Below, piece after piece: positions 1-13,968 of a stretch of DNA of 64,000 bases (positions are counted from its first letter, which is position 1; each line of letters opens with the position of its first letter). Where the stretch lies: NCBI GenBank assembly GCA_010909165.1, contig MU008176.1:1126783-1190782 (forward strand), written 5' to 3'. The position numbers were made by a program, and so were the translations under genes. Below the pieces are notes generated by a model. That model did not search any database. It was given only the letters and a program-made list of their open reading frames with translations, and had not been told where the DNA came from. This DNA comes from Anthoceros angustus (Eukaryota > Plantae > Anthocerotophyta).

Positions 1-810
1 TTCTAACCTCACTGGCTTAGCTGATTCAAATGCTCTCACGGCACAACCGCCTGGGTCGGCCTTCACCAAAGAAGTTCTTCCTTGGGCAGTTCACTATGAG
101 TTTGACACGGTCGTGAGCACCTCAGGAGTCTTTCCTATGGATCAACCTCTAGCCGAGAGTTCCATGGGCATTGCCACACACCCAAAGCAAAGCAATTTCA
201 CAGCAACCATTCACATCTTTGACCATATCTAGTCCTCACCCTGCTGGGATAGTGCCGCGTCCATTGTGGATTGGCTCCCTCGCCCTCCTTTTGCTCTTGC
301 CTCTTCCCAGTCCTTGTCATCTTCCTAATGTGTGGGGCAAGTACAATTCTGCCCCTTCCTCCAACTCCGCGGGGCGGCGCCCTGATTTCTCCCATCATCC
401 AGCAATCGCGCCCTCCTTCGTGCACTCAGGCGCCCTTTCCTTCAGACTCCGCGCCCGCTGGATCACGCCAAAGGGCACCCTACAGCGGTAGTCGGCGACA
501 CACGGGTGGCTGACCACCTACCATGGTAGTCTGATCCCTCTCTCCTCCTCTTTCTTCTTCTCCATCGGTGATGTCTCTCGGGTGGAGATCCTCCTTGCTC
601 CTATCCTCATGTTTGGTTTGTCCATACCTTGCTTGGAGCATTCTCAAAGTCCTCCACCCCAATTGTTGGCGGTGTTCCCACTAACTTCTTGAGGCTCTTT
701 TTGCGTTCGTCTCCTCTCCTGGCCCTGGTTCTTCCCTTATTCGTGGGGTGAGGGAACTTCTCACCCCTCCCCCTTCCTCGGCGGTCCTAATTCCGCTCTT
801 GCAATCCTCC
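1..810 (-). mobile_element. Fragment of the 3' (post-extra-ORF) region of a Ty3/Gypsy family, homologous to ~37260-38410
   Basis: Direct sequence match, e.g. ttgccacacacccaaagcaaagcaatttcac at 171 and 37424, ctagtcctcaccct at ~229 and ~37884, and ggggtgaggga..tctcacccc at ~745 and ~38371. This copy lacks about 400 bp present at ~37470-37870. Confidence 0.7.
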
Positions 811-870
811 GGTGGGGCCGTTTCCTAACAAAATCTAAGAACGCTGGTTTTGTGTCAAGCCAGCTTGACA

Positions 871-1041
871 TGATGCAAAAAAGGTAGAGAGCACGAAAGC
901 CAGAATGCTATATATGAGTAATTAAGAGTACAAGTGATATTGTAAAGAACAAGTGTTTATATAGATAACCCTAAACAATTAGGTCATCTAGGTGATGCAC
1001 ACTCCTAGATTAAACTAACATATATTTTAACACTCCCACAT
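871..1041 (-). mobile_element. Probable Copia-type 3' LTR with polypurine tract
   Basis: Plus strand tattttaaca|ctcccacat reads on minus as PPT atgtgggag followed by a TGTTAA LTR start at 1032. AT-rich, and resembles the end of the LTR at 59341-59525. The left boundary is uncertain and no pol is visible next to it. Confidence 0.5.
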
Positions 1042-1162
1042 AAGCTACCCAGTGTGCGTCCATCCAGTTTGGCGGGAAGAGAGCAACTTCGTTACGCGCA
1101 AAGTCCTTACGCTGTTAGCATCCAGTGTGTGCAGAGCATAGGTTACGCTACCCCTCCGTTAC

Positions 1163-1703
1163 ATGTCAGAAGCTCAAGCACAAGCGGCGGCAGCTGAGCT
1201 GCATATCTTAAATACTGGCAGTAGAGGCCATAATCCCAGCGAGCTGCTTCATAAACATCTGGTGGCAGCAGCAGATGGCAACCAGAAGCGGCGCGTGCTA
1301 CAGACCTGAGAACTACGGGGAAGACGCTGTGCCTAGGAGGAAATGAGCGGGGGAGAGGCAAGGTGCGACTGGAGCTGGAGTTAGAACTGCGAGGGCTCCG
1401 GAGTGGAAACCCTTCAACCTGCAGCACTTTGTGAGTAGCTGCAGCTGGAAAATGGATGTAGCAGCTAGCGTAACTATGCGCAGTGTGCAAGACGCGAATA
1501 GGGCTAGCTCAGTTGTGAAAGAAGTGGAGGTTGTGGCAGAGCTGCTGGGCACACCCATCCCAGACCCTCTCAGAGGGATGAGGGTGAGATGGCATGAAAC
1601 AAACAGAAACCCGCTGCCGGATGACGACGATATGAAGGAGGAAGCGGGTAATGAGAAGGATGCAGAGGCGGATGGGAGGAAGCTCCCACAGAAGATTAAG
1701 TGA
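1163..1703 (+). pseudogene. Degenerate ORF antisense to the putative Copia LTR/PPT at 871-1041
   Basis: Two frames: MSEAQAQAAAAELHIL...RRVLQT* then GATGAGVRTARAPEWKPFNLQHFVSSCSWKMDVAAS...RKLPQKIK*. No recognisable domain. Confidence 0.3.
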
Positions 1704-1861
1704 AGAGGGTGCAAGACTAGGTAAGGAAACTGTTGCTTCATCCATGCTCCCTCTTGCTGAAGTGACTGACCTGAAGGTGTTGTGATCCAGAAAGGGCAAG
1801 AAAGGCCTTGCGGATACATGTTGGAGAATGTGCCAGCATGCATGAGCATGAAAGTTGTACA

Positions 1862-2156
1862 CAATCGGCTATTGCATTAGTCGCTAATCCTCGTTATTAT
1901 GCTCGTATGGACGTACGAAGCATATTGTGTTATATCATTACTATAATCGTGATATTACTTCACGAGGAATGGTGGTGATTGCTTATACAAATACAGAGGA
2001 TAATACTACCGATATATTCACTAAGTCTCTTCCGTCTTATAAACGTAATAAACATAGAGAACGACTAGGAGTAGTTGACGGCAGCAACCTAATCACCTTA
2101 GTAGCTGAGCAGGCAAAGTTAACGACAAAATAACACTTTGCAAGCTTAAGTGGGAG
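1862..2156 (+). mobile_element. Ty1/Copia RNase H C-terminal remnant followed by PPT
   Basis: Translates to (Q)SAIALVANPRYYAR..TKHIVLYHYYNRD...EDNTTDIFTKSLP, a degenerate form of DNQSAI..NP..H.RTKHI...ADIFTK.L. PPT aagtgggag at 2148-2156. Confidence 0.8.
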
Positions 2157-2706
2157 CTATTCGAGTGACGAGAGTGGATGAAGCTAATATGCGTTAGATC
2201 CAATCATCCAGTCACTTAGTACATAGTCCTACGAGGAGATCTTTGTGTGCTAGAGCTGAGTGGAAGTGTGGAGATATAACATCTACAGATAAACCAGGGT
2301 TAATTAGAACTGTCGTTTCAATAAGTTGATAAGTGAACAATTTTGTTAATCTGAATAATCAATGAAAGAAGAAGTTTGGAGTTTGTCTCGTTTCCCTCTT
2401 TTCACTACTACTTCCCCCTGGAGCAGGAGTGGCGCTGTTTGAAGGCATCCCGAATGAGCGATCAAGAGTGGCGCTGTTTGAAGGCATCCCGAATGGACGA
2501 TCCCCCGGCATTTTGGTGATGGGCCTACAAACCTGCACGGAGTGCAAGATCCACTGAGCTCAGCACATTTTCCACAGGCGTTCTCCGAGACTTTTCGAAC
2601 AATCTCGTCCATCCCTGTCCTTATCTCGACTTCCCCGTTTCACTGCCGCTGGCGAACGAAACAAACAGAACTTCGTTTGCCAGCCGGTGTTGCATTTGGG
2701 AGGGGC

Positions 2707-5421
2707 ATGAAAATCCGAGCCATGGCTATGGCGCGGGCCTGTGGCCCAGCCTCTGCTGAGTCTCACGGTTTCTTCGAGTCGCACCGGGTAATGAGTGGTA
2801 GCATGCCTTTCGAGTGTCGTGCTTGCTTTCGCTAGGTGCAGATTGTGAGCTTCAACTCCTGCGCTCAATCTCCGCGTCAACTCTGGTGTGCAGGTGCCGT
2901 GGGAGGCTGCCCGTGTTACATTTGCATTGTTCGAGAGGGCCTTCCATGCAAATTTTGCTCTCTAGCAGATTCTGGCCGCCTTCCGCAGCGAAATGTTTTA
3001 CAAGGAAATGAAAGGAAGGTCAGCACTTTTGCAGCTCCAGAGGCTCTTGTGTCCCCACCAACAATCGATGCCACGAGAGCTCTTCTTCTGTGAAGTGAGT
3101 CAAGTGGCTGTTGTTCTGAGCTGGGCTTCAGACTTTCTAGCACTCATCATGAAGTTCAAACATGGTCCATGGATCAGGAAAAGTGGTTTCTGGAGTGCAG
3201 CCCACAGGAAGCATTCATCTGGGCAATTACCTTGGCGCCATCAAGAACTGGGTCTCGCTACAGGTTGTCCAGCAGAGTCAGCTTCATTCGCTGTTGTGAA
3301 TTATTCAAACAGATCCGCGTGTTGATATCAAAAGTGGAGTGGGATTATGGTTTGCACTGAATCCTGAAGAAAACATAGGAATCACATCCGAATAACGTTA
3401 CGGGTTGCCTTGCAGGATGTCTACGACACGCTTTTCTTTGTGGTGGATTTGCACGCAGTACGTTTCTTATGCTACGTGCTGTTTGGAAACCCTGCTCAAG
3501 CATGAAGTCTGCTTATCTACCCCGTCTTTTCTTTGAAAAAGCTTCCACTTTCCATGGGACTGTGCAGATAACTTTGCCTCATGAACCACAAGAGCTGTCA
3601 AAGGCAACAAGGAAATCCGCTGCTCTGTACATCGCCTGTGGTGTGGATCCTGCAAAGGTGATCTTGTTTTGTCTGCTGCAACTGTTTTCCTGCCATGCAT
3701 TCTGATGCTGCAGAGTTTCTTACAGTTCACAAAGCATATCGCTCACAGGCCTCAATTTTCATACAATCCCATGTCCCGGCGCATACAGAGCTGACATGGT
3801 TGTTGAGCTGCATTACGCCGATCAGCCGGTTGCTCAAGATGATACAATTCAAAGAAAAATGTTGCAAGTCGGTAGGTCCGTGATCTTAATCTTGTCACGT
3901 TATAGACAGCAAGTGTTTTGAGTTTTGGTAGTGCAAATGTCCTCGTATATGCCTGCCAATCCGGATTAATGGGTGCTGGCAAGTGTCAGCCTGATGGTCA
4001 GTTCTGTTGGCCAACTGCAGGAGAGGATGTAGGGACTGGACTGCTAACCTATCCTCTGTTAATGGCATCAGATATCCTTCTGTACCAGGTGATCCCCTCA
4101 GGTCAAACATTTTGTTCTCACGTCGAGGTTTTCTGTGCACCCTTGTGTGGTCACCCTTGTGGGGAAGATCAGCGACAGCACCTTGAGCTAATTCGAGATG
4201 TAGCAGACCGTGTCAACCACTCATATGGTGGCAAGAAATGAAAGAAGCTTGGAGGGTGAGTGACTGTCTTGTCCCCACTGCGAGTATGGTCCTCAACAAG
4301 AAACGTGTCATCCCTTAAGCGCTAGTGTCCGTATATTTGGTTTGCTTACAGGAGGGTGGCAGGATTTTTAAGGTAATAAGAAACCATTTCCATCACGTTT
4401 GAGTACAGAATGCAAGTGTGGTGCCAGCATGATTGCAAGGACCCTGCGTGTCCATTAGGTTCCAGAAGCATTCATCTCACCAGCTGGAGCACGTATAGTG
4501 TCGACTAACAGATGGACTATCGAAGGTAATAATCCCTACACTTTTGTCAGACGCACATACATGACATTCGAGATTCTCTTGTTCTCATCGAAGGCTGTTG
4601 TTTGTTTGGCCACAGATGTCCAAATCCGCACCGTCTGACCAATCACGCATAAATCTCCTCGACACACATGATGTACTCTGTCCATCCATACAAGATGTTG
4701 AAGGACTGACCTCTAGAGGACTTGGCTGATTGGCACTGGACTTTTGCAGGAAATCACGAATAAGATAAAAAGATGCAAGACAGATTCCTCTGTTGGGTAA
4801 GATCCAAGCTCTAGCCTTGGGGCCTTGGGGAAATGGGGTCTGTCGGGGAGCAGTGTTCTCTAAATTCATGCTGCGTAGTTCGACAAAGAAAATTCGTGTG
4901 CATCTCTGAAATATGTGCAGGATGGAATTTGACAACCCATAGAGGCCAGAGTGCAATCTACCAGCTGGTGTCAGGCGAAGCCAAGGAGGTATAGCCAAAT
5001 TCAATCGATGCATATTCGCATCCTTGATGAGGCACCCTATGATCTCCTCACACCCGTGCAGGAAGTATCACCTGTGTGCGGGGCCATGAATTGGGGCCAA
5101 TTCAAGCCTGTCCTGGTGGATGCTGTCATTGCCCACCTGGACCCTATGCAGGTACTTTTTACCCACCCCAAGCACGTAAGCCAATTCCTAGGCTGGTATG
5201 CCAACCACGATGCTGAATTGCGGCGTGGCATGCAGAAACCTTACGCGGAGGTTGTAAACGACCCGTCTTACCTGGACTCCATCCTTGCCCAAGGGGCGGA
5301 ACAAGCAGATAGTATCGCAAGGATCACTTTGGACAACGTTTACAACGCCCTGGGTTTCATCAGGCCTCAGAGACTGGTCACCTCTGCAACGGAGCTGAAA
5401 ACTCTGTCCAGGGCTGCTTAA
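2707..5421 (+). pseudogene. Organellar (bacterial-type) tryptophanyl-tRNA synthetase, copy 1, pseudogene
   Basis: Exons match copy 3. TGG>TGA at 4239-4241 (GGKK*), GAG>TAG at 4940-4942, a 40-nt segment holding a splice acceptor and DLVPV replaced by 6 nt at ~4155, a deletion in the ECTNLL exon, and a +1 insertion at ~4504. Confidence 0.9.
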
Positions 5422-5777
5422 CCTGTCCCAAAAGGAGGAAGGCAGGAGTAAGCCCCATTCCGTTAGCACGAAGATTCTTGTGCCAGGCGCATGACTGTGC
5501 TGTAGCTAGCTACCTACATACATGTAGGGTCTACCCTTCCGGGCTGGCAGTTTCTGCCGGTTAGCTCAGGGACTTTCCTCGACCACGTCGAGGCGCCTCT
5601 CTGCCTCCACAAAGTCATGGGGTGGAAACAGCTATATATAGGGCTGACACGCAACCTCCATTAGCGATATGGGGTATATAGTCTAATCCCAATTGACTTT
5701 AGTGATGCTAGGTCGAAAGGAAAACAGCAACGCCTCTTTTACAGCGCTGCCGGAGGTGAGCGAGTTCTGGTAAAGCA

Positions 5778-7652
5778 TCATCGAGCTTCGAGGATGCAGA
5801 GAAAAGTGGTTGCATTGCGTCTGATTCCACACTTTTGCATTTCTTCATAGAGCTGCATTGCCTGTTCCCTTTGTTCTTGCTGAGCATATCCTCCTATCAC
5901 GGCTGTCCATGATAGTACATCACGCTGGGGCAGCTTGTCAAACACACGCTGTGCCTCCACAAGGTTCCCACATTTGGCATACATATCCACCAGAGCACTG
6001 CCAATGACAGTCACGGATTCATAGCCCTGGCAATGAATGATATCCTCGTGAATTACAGTGCCCTTTTCTAAGGACTGTAATCTCATGAGTTGGCCGTCCA
6101 CAAGTGACTCCTCTTCCAGTGAAGCTAAGCTGCAGCAAGCCCTCAACATGTTCAGAAGCGTCCCGTCATTGCAACCGATACCTTGTTCCTGCGTTTGTTC
6201 ATAAAGCTGCAAGGCTGTCTCACTTTGTTCCTGTAGAGTGTATGCATAAGCATTGCATTCCATGACACCACATTCCGCCGAGGCAGGCTGTCAAAGACAC
6301 GACGAGCATTTATCAGGTCCCGCATTTTGCATACATGTGCAGAAGGGTGTTCCCAACAAATGGACCAAAAGGAAGCCTCGCCTGTTCACCTCTGCATGAA
6401 TCAGCTTACCCGGACTCAGCAGGGCTTGTACTTTCAGATATTGGCCCTCACGAAGTGTGGCTTCTTCATCTGCTGCCAAGCTGGCACATGCTTTTCAGTC
6501 CACCCGGACAGGACTGACTGCCTGGACTGATCGCTTCACGTTGCATTTGAAGATAAAGTTGCAAAGCCTTGTCCCCCTCTTCTTGCTGCGCATGACCTTA
6601 GCTCATGGCTGTCCAAGACGTAACATCGTGCTGGAACAAGTTGTCAAATACCCCTGTGCATCCACCATACTCCCGCATTTTGCATACATGTCAACAAGCT
6701 TATTCCCTACCAATTCGTCTGATTCATATCCCCTTGCACTAACTTCAGCATGAATCTCTCTGCCTTGTTGCAGAGAATCAGACTTGACAAGTTGGCCATC
6801 GACAACCATGTCCTCTTCCTTAGTTGCTGAGCTGCCACGTGCTTTCAGCAAACCTACAAAGGTGCGATCATCTGGTCTCACATTCTCCTCCTTCATCTCA
6901 GCAAATAGTTCAAAGACTTTCTGTCCTTGTTCTTGCTGCGCATATCCTGTTATCATTGCATTCCACGCAACCACATCGCGCCTAGGTAATGTGTCAAACA
7001 CTTGCTGCGCGTCCGCCATGCTCCCACATTTCGCATACATGTCCAGTAGACTAGTTAGTTGCTACAATCAAGTTTGTATGTAACCCAGTGCTGAAAATTT
7101 CTTGATGGATCCACTCCCTTCTTTCAGATCTGCTAAGCTGCTGCAGGCTTTAAGAAGGCTTGAGAAGGTGAACCTGTTTGGCTTCACATTGTCCTCCCGC
7201 ATGTGTCGATACATCCTCAGAGCCTATCGAGGCTGTCCACTCTTGGTATTCCCTGTGATAATTGCTGTCCATGCGGTAGCATTTCGGTGCCCCAGCCTGT
7301 TGAACACACGAAGTGCATCTGAAAAGCTCCCACACTTCACAAACATGTCAACAGCAGAATTTCCAAGAAAGCCTGTCAAATCCACCCCGTTCTTGGTCAT
7401 GTGAGCATGCAATTGCTTGGCCTCTGCAAGAGACTTCATTCTACAGCAGCCTTGCAGCAGGAGGACATAAGTGTCAAAGGAGGTTGCCATGCCCTCCTGG
7501 TCCATCAGTCGGAGTGCTTCTTTCACTTGTCCCTGATCACACAGATTCGAGACCTGGAGAGCGACCCTGTGCATTTTCGCTTCTTCAATTTCAATGTCTT
7601 CCGTCGATGCCGTTCGGCCTGAGCAAAACAGGCTCAGCAATGGACCCAGCAT
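5778..7652 (-). pseudogene. PLS-class pentatricopeptide repeat protein, truncated and frameshifted, copy 1
   Basis: Repeated motifs of the type (L/V)DMYAKCGS..DA..VFD.LP.RDVV.W.AMI.GYAQ..Q are spread over several frames. It ends at FLCILEAR* with no E/DYW domain seen. Confidence 0.9.
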
Positions 7653-8339
7653 AATCTAGCCTTGAGGCTTCAATTCACACGTACATTCAGCAAAGTGCAA
7701 ACACACCTACTGGAGAGAAGACCCGCCTTTGAACCCGACCCAAGGAAACAATATTCGTTCCTGCCAGCTCGCTGCAATCCCTTGCAGCCTCATGACGAGA
7801 ATCAAGAAGCCTGGAATTGCTCTGCATAGACATAAGGCTGCACCCACTGTGAAGCACAACCTTCGGTTGCGTATATCAAGGATATGACGATTATCAGACC
7901 GAGAGAGTACCTTCCTCGAAATATCCTCCTGCCACTTTGAAGAATTCAAGGATTGTAGTTCCAGGCCCTGACTCCCCTTCATCTCAAGTTCAGCGGTAGA
8001 CCACAGTGCTCGAGAAGACGGCCCCAGCTTTACTGAAGCCGACTTCAGCCCCCTGCCATGGTGGACCAGATGGTCACTACTTCCCCCTGGAGCAAGAGTG
8101 GCGCTATTTGAAGGCATCCCGAATGAACGATCCCCCGGCATTTTGCTTATGGGCCTACAAACGTGCACGGAGTGCAAGATCCGCTGAGCTCAGCACATTT
8201 TCAACAGGCGTTCTCCGAGAGTTTTCGAACTATCTCTTCCATTCCTGTCCTTATCTCGACTTCCCGCCGTTTCACTGCCGCTGGAAGACGAAACAAACAG
8301 AACTTCGTTTGCCAGCCGGTGTTGCATTTGGGAGGGGGT

Positions 8340-11064
<2,725 letters not shown>

Positions 11065-11421
11065 CCTGTCCCAAAAGGAGGGAAGGCAGGAGTAAGCCCC
11101 ATTCCGTTAGCACGAAGATTCTTGTGCCAGGCGCATGACTGTGCTGTAGCTAGCTACCTACATACATGTAGGGTCTACCCTTCCGGGCTGGCAGTTTCTG
11201 CCGGTTAGCTCGGGACTTTCCTCGACCACGTCGAGGCGCCTCTCTGCCTCCACAAAGTCATAGGGTGGAAACAGCTATATATAGGGCTGACACGCAACCT
11301 CCATTAGCGATATGGGGTATATAGTCTAATCCCAATTGACTTTAGTGATGCTAGGTCGAAAGGAAAACAGCAACGCCTCTTTTACAGCGCTGCCGGAGAG
11401 TGAGCGAGTTCTGGTAAAGCA

Positions 11422-13285
11422 TCATCGAGCTTCGAGGATGCAGAGAAAAGTGGTTGCATTGCGTCTGATTCCACACTTCTGCATTTCTTCACAGAGCTGC
11501 ATTGCCTGTTCCCTTTGTTCTTGCTGAGCATATCCTCCTATCACGGCTGTCCATGATAGTACATCACGCTGGGGCAGCTTGTCAAACACACGCTGTGCCT
11601 CCACAAGGTTCCACATTTGGCATACATATCCACCAGAGCACTGCCAATGACAGTCACGGATTCATAGCCCTGGCAATGAATGATATCCTCGTGAATTACA
11701 GTGCCCTTTTCTAAGGACTGTAATCTCATGAGTTGGCCGTCCACAAGTGACTCCTCTTCCAGTGAAGCTAAGCTGCAGCAAGCCCTCAACATGTTCAGAA
11801 GCGTCCCGTCATTGCAACCGATACCTTGTTCCTGCGTTTGTTCATAAAGCTGCAAGGCTGTCTCACTTTGTTCCTGTAGAGTGTATGCAAGCATTGCATT
11901 CCATGACACCACATTCCGCCGAGGCAGGCTGTCAAAGACACGACGAGCATTTATCAGGTCCCGCATTTTGCATACATGTGCAGAAGGGTGTTCCCAACAA
12001 ATGGACCAAAAGGAAGCCTCGCCTGTTCACCTCTGCATGAATCAGCTTACCCGGACTCAGCAGGGCTTGTACTTTCAGATATTGGCCCTCACGAAGTGTG
12101 GCTTCTTCATCTGCTGCCAAGCTGGCACATGCTTTTCAGTCCACCCGGACAGGACCGACCGCCTGGACTGATCGCTTCACGTTGCATTTGAAGATAAAGT
12201 TGCAAAGCCTTGTCCCCTCTTCTTGCTGCGCATGACCTTAGCTCATGGCTGTCCAAGACGTAACATCGTGCTGGAACAAGTTGTCAAATACCCCTGTGCA
12301 TCCACCATACTCCGCATTTTCGGTACATGTCAACAAGCTTATTCCCTACCAATTCGTCTGATTCATATCCCTTGCACTAACTTCAGCATGAATCTCTCTG
12401 CCTTGTTGCAGAGAATCAGACTTGACAAGTTGGCCATCGACAACCATGTCCTCTTCCTTAGTTGCTGAGCTGCCACGTGCTTTCAGCAAACCTACAAAGG
12501 TGCGATCATCTGGTCTCACATTCTCCTCCTTCATCTCAGCAAATAGTTCAAAGACTTTCTGTCCTTGTTCTTGCTGCGCATATCCTGTTATCATTGCATT
12601 CCACGCAACCACATCGCGCCTAGGTAATGTGTCAAACACTTGCTGCGCGTCCGCCATGCTCCCACATTTCGCATACATGTCCAGTAGACTAGTTAGTTGC
12701 TACAATCAAGTTTGTATGTAACCCAGTGCTGAAAATTTCCTGATGGATCCACTCCTTCTTTCAGATCTGCTAAGCTGCTGCAGGCTTTAAGAAGGCTTGA
12801 GAAGGTGAACCTGTTTGGCTTCACATTGTCCTCCGCATGTGTCGATACATCCTCAGAGCCTGTCGAGGCTGTCCACTCTTGGTATTCCCTGTGATAATTG
12901 CTGTCCATGCGGTAGCATTTTCGGTGCCCCAGCCCGTTGAACACACGAAGTGCATCTGAAAAGCTCCACACTTCACAAACATGTCAACAGCAATTTCCAA
13001 GAAAGCCTGTCAAATCCACCCGTTCTTAGTCATGTGAGCATGCAATTGCTTGGCCTCTGCAAGAGACTTCATTCTACAGCAGCCTTGCAGCAGGAGGACA
13101 TAAGTGTCAAAGGAGGTTGCCATGCCCTCCTGGTCCATCAGTCGCAGTGCTTCTTTCACTTGTCCCTGATCACACAAATTCGAGACCTGGAGAGCTATCC
13201 TGTGCATTTTCGCGTCTTCGATTTCGATGTCTTCCGTTGATGCCGTTCGGCCTGAGCAAAACAGGCTCAGCAATGGACCCAGCAT
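11422..13285 (-). pseudogene. PLS-class PPR protein, truncated and frameshifted, copy 2
   Basis: Near-identical to 5778-7652, including shared frameshifts and the FLCILEAR* end. Confidence 0.9.
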
Positions 13286-13968
13286 AATCTAGCCTTGAGG
13301 CTTCAATTCACACGTACATTCAGCAAAGTGCAAACACACCTACTGGAGAGAAGACCCGCCTTTGAACCCAACCCAAGGAAACAGTATTCGTTCCTGCCAG
13401 CTCGCTGCAATCCCTTGCAGCCTCATGGCGAGAATCCAGAAGCCTGGAATTGCTCTGCATAGACATAAGGCTGCACCCACTGTGAAGCACAACCTTCGAT
13501 TGCATATACCAAGGATATGACGCTTATCAGACCGACAGAGTACCTTCCTCGAAACATCCTGCTGCCACTTCGAAGAATTCAAGGATTGTAGTTCCAGGCC
13601 CTGACTCCCCTTCATCCCAAGTTCAGCGGTAGACCGCAGTGCTCGAGAAGACGGCCCCAGCTTTACTGACGCCGACTTCAGCCCCCTGCCATGGTGGACC
13701 AGATGGTCACTACTTCCCCTGGAGCAAGAGTGGCGCTGTTTGAAGGCATCCCGAATGGACGATCCCCGGCATTTTGGCGATGGGCCTACAAACCTGCACG
13801 GAGTGCAAGATCCACTGAGCTCAGCACATTTTCCACAGGCGTTCTCCGAGACTTTTCGAACAATCTCGTCCATCCCTGTCCTTATCTCGACTTCCCCCGT
13901 TTCACTGCCGCTGGCAGACGAAACAAACAGAACTTCGTTTGCCAGCCGGTGTTGCATTTGGGAGGGGC
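13286..13968. promoter_or_regulatory. Candidate bidirectional promoter region between divergent PPR (-) and TrpRS (+) start codons; paralogous region at 7653-8339
   Basis: Head-to-head ATGs about 680 bp apart. Promoter function is inferred from geometry only. Confidence 0.4.

Noticed and set aside
1862-2340. RIP-like TpA enrichment in the Copia remnant
   Set aside because: The segment is short, there is no reference copy, and dinucleotides were not counted. Ordinary methylation-driven decay explains it.
2427-2495. 39-bp-period direct duplication upstream of TrpRS copy 1
   Set aside because: It is a local slippage at the array edge, absent from copies 2 and 3, with no functional evidence.
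3826-4942. Stops or W>R changes in TrpRS copies 1 and 2 repaired by RNA editing or readthrough
   Set aside because: This is a nuclear locus, and the stops are accompanied by deletions and a frameshift, so pseudogenisation is the simpler explanation.
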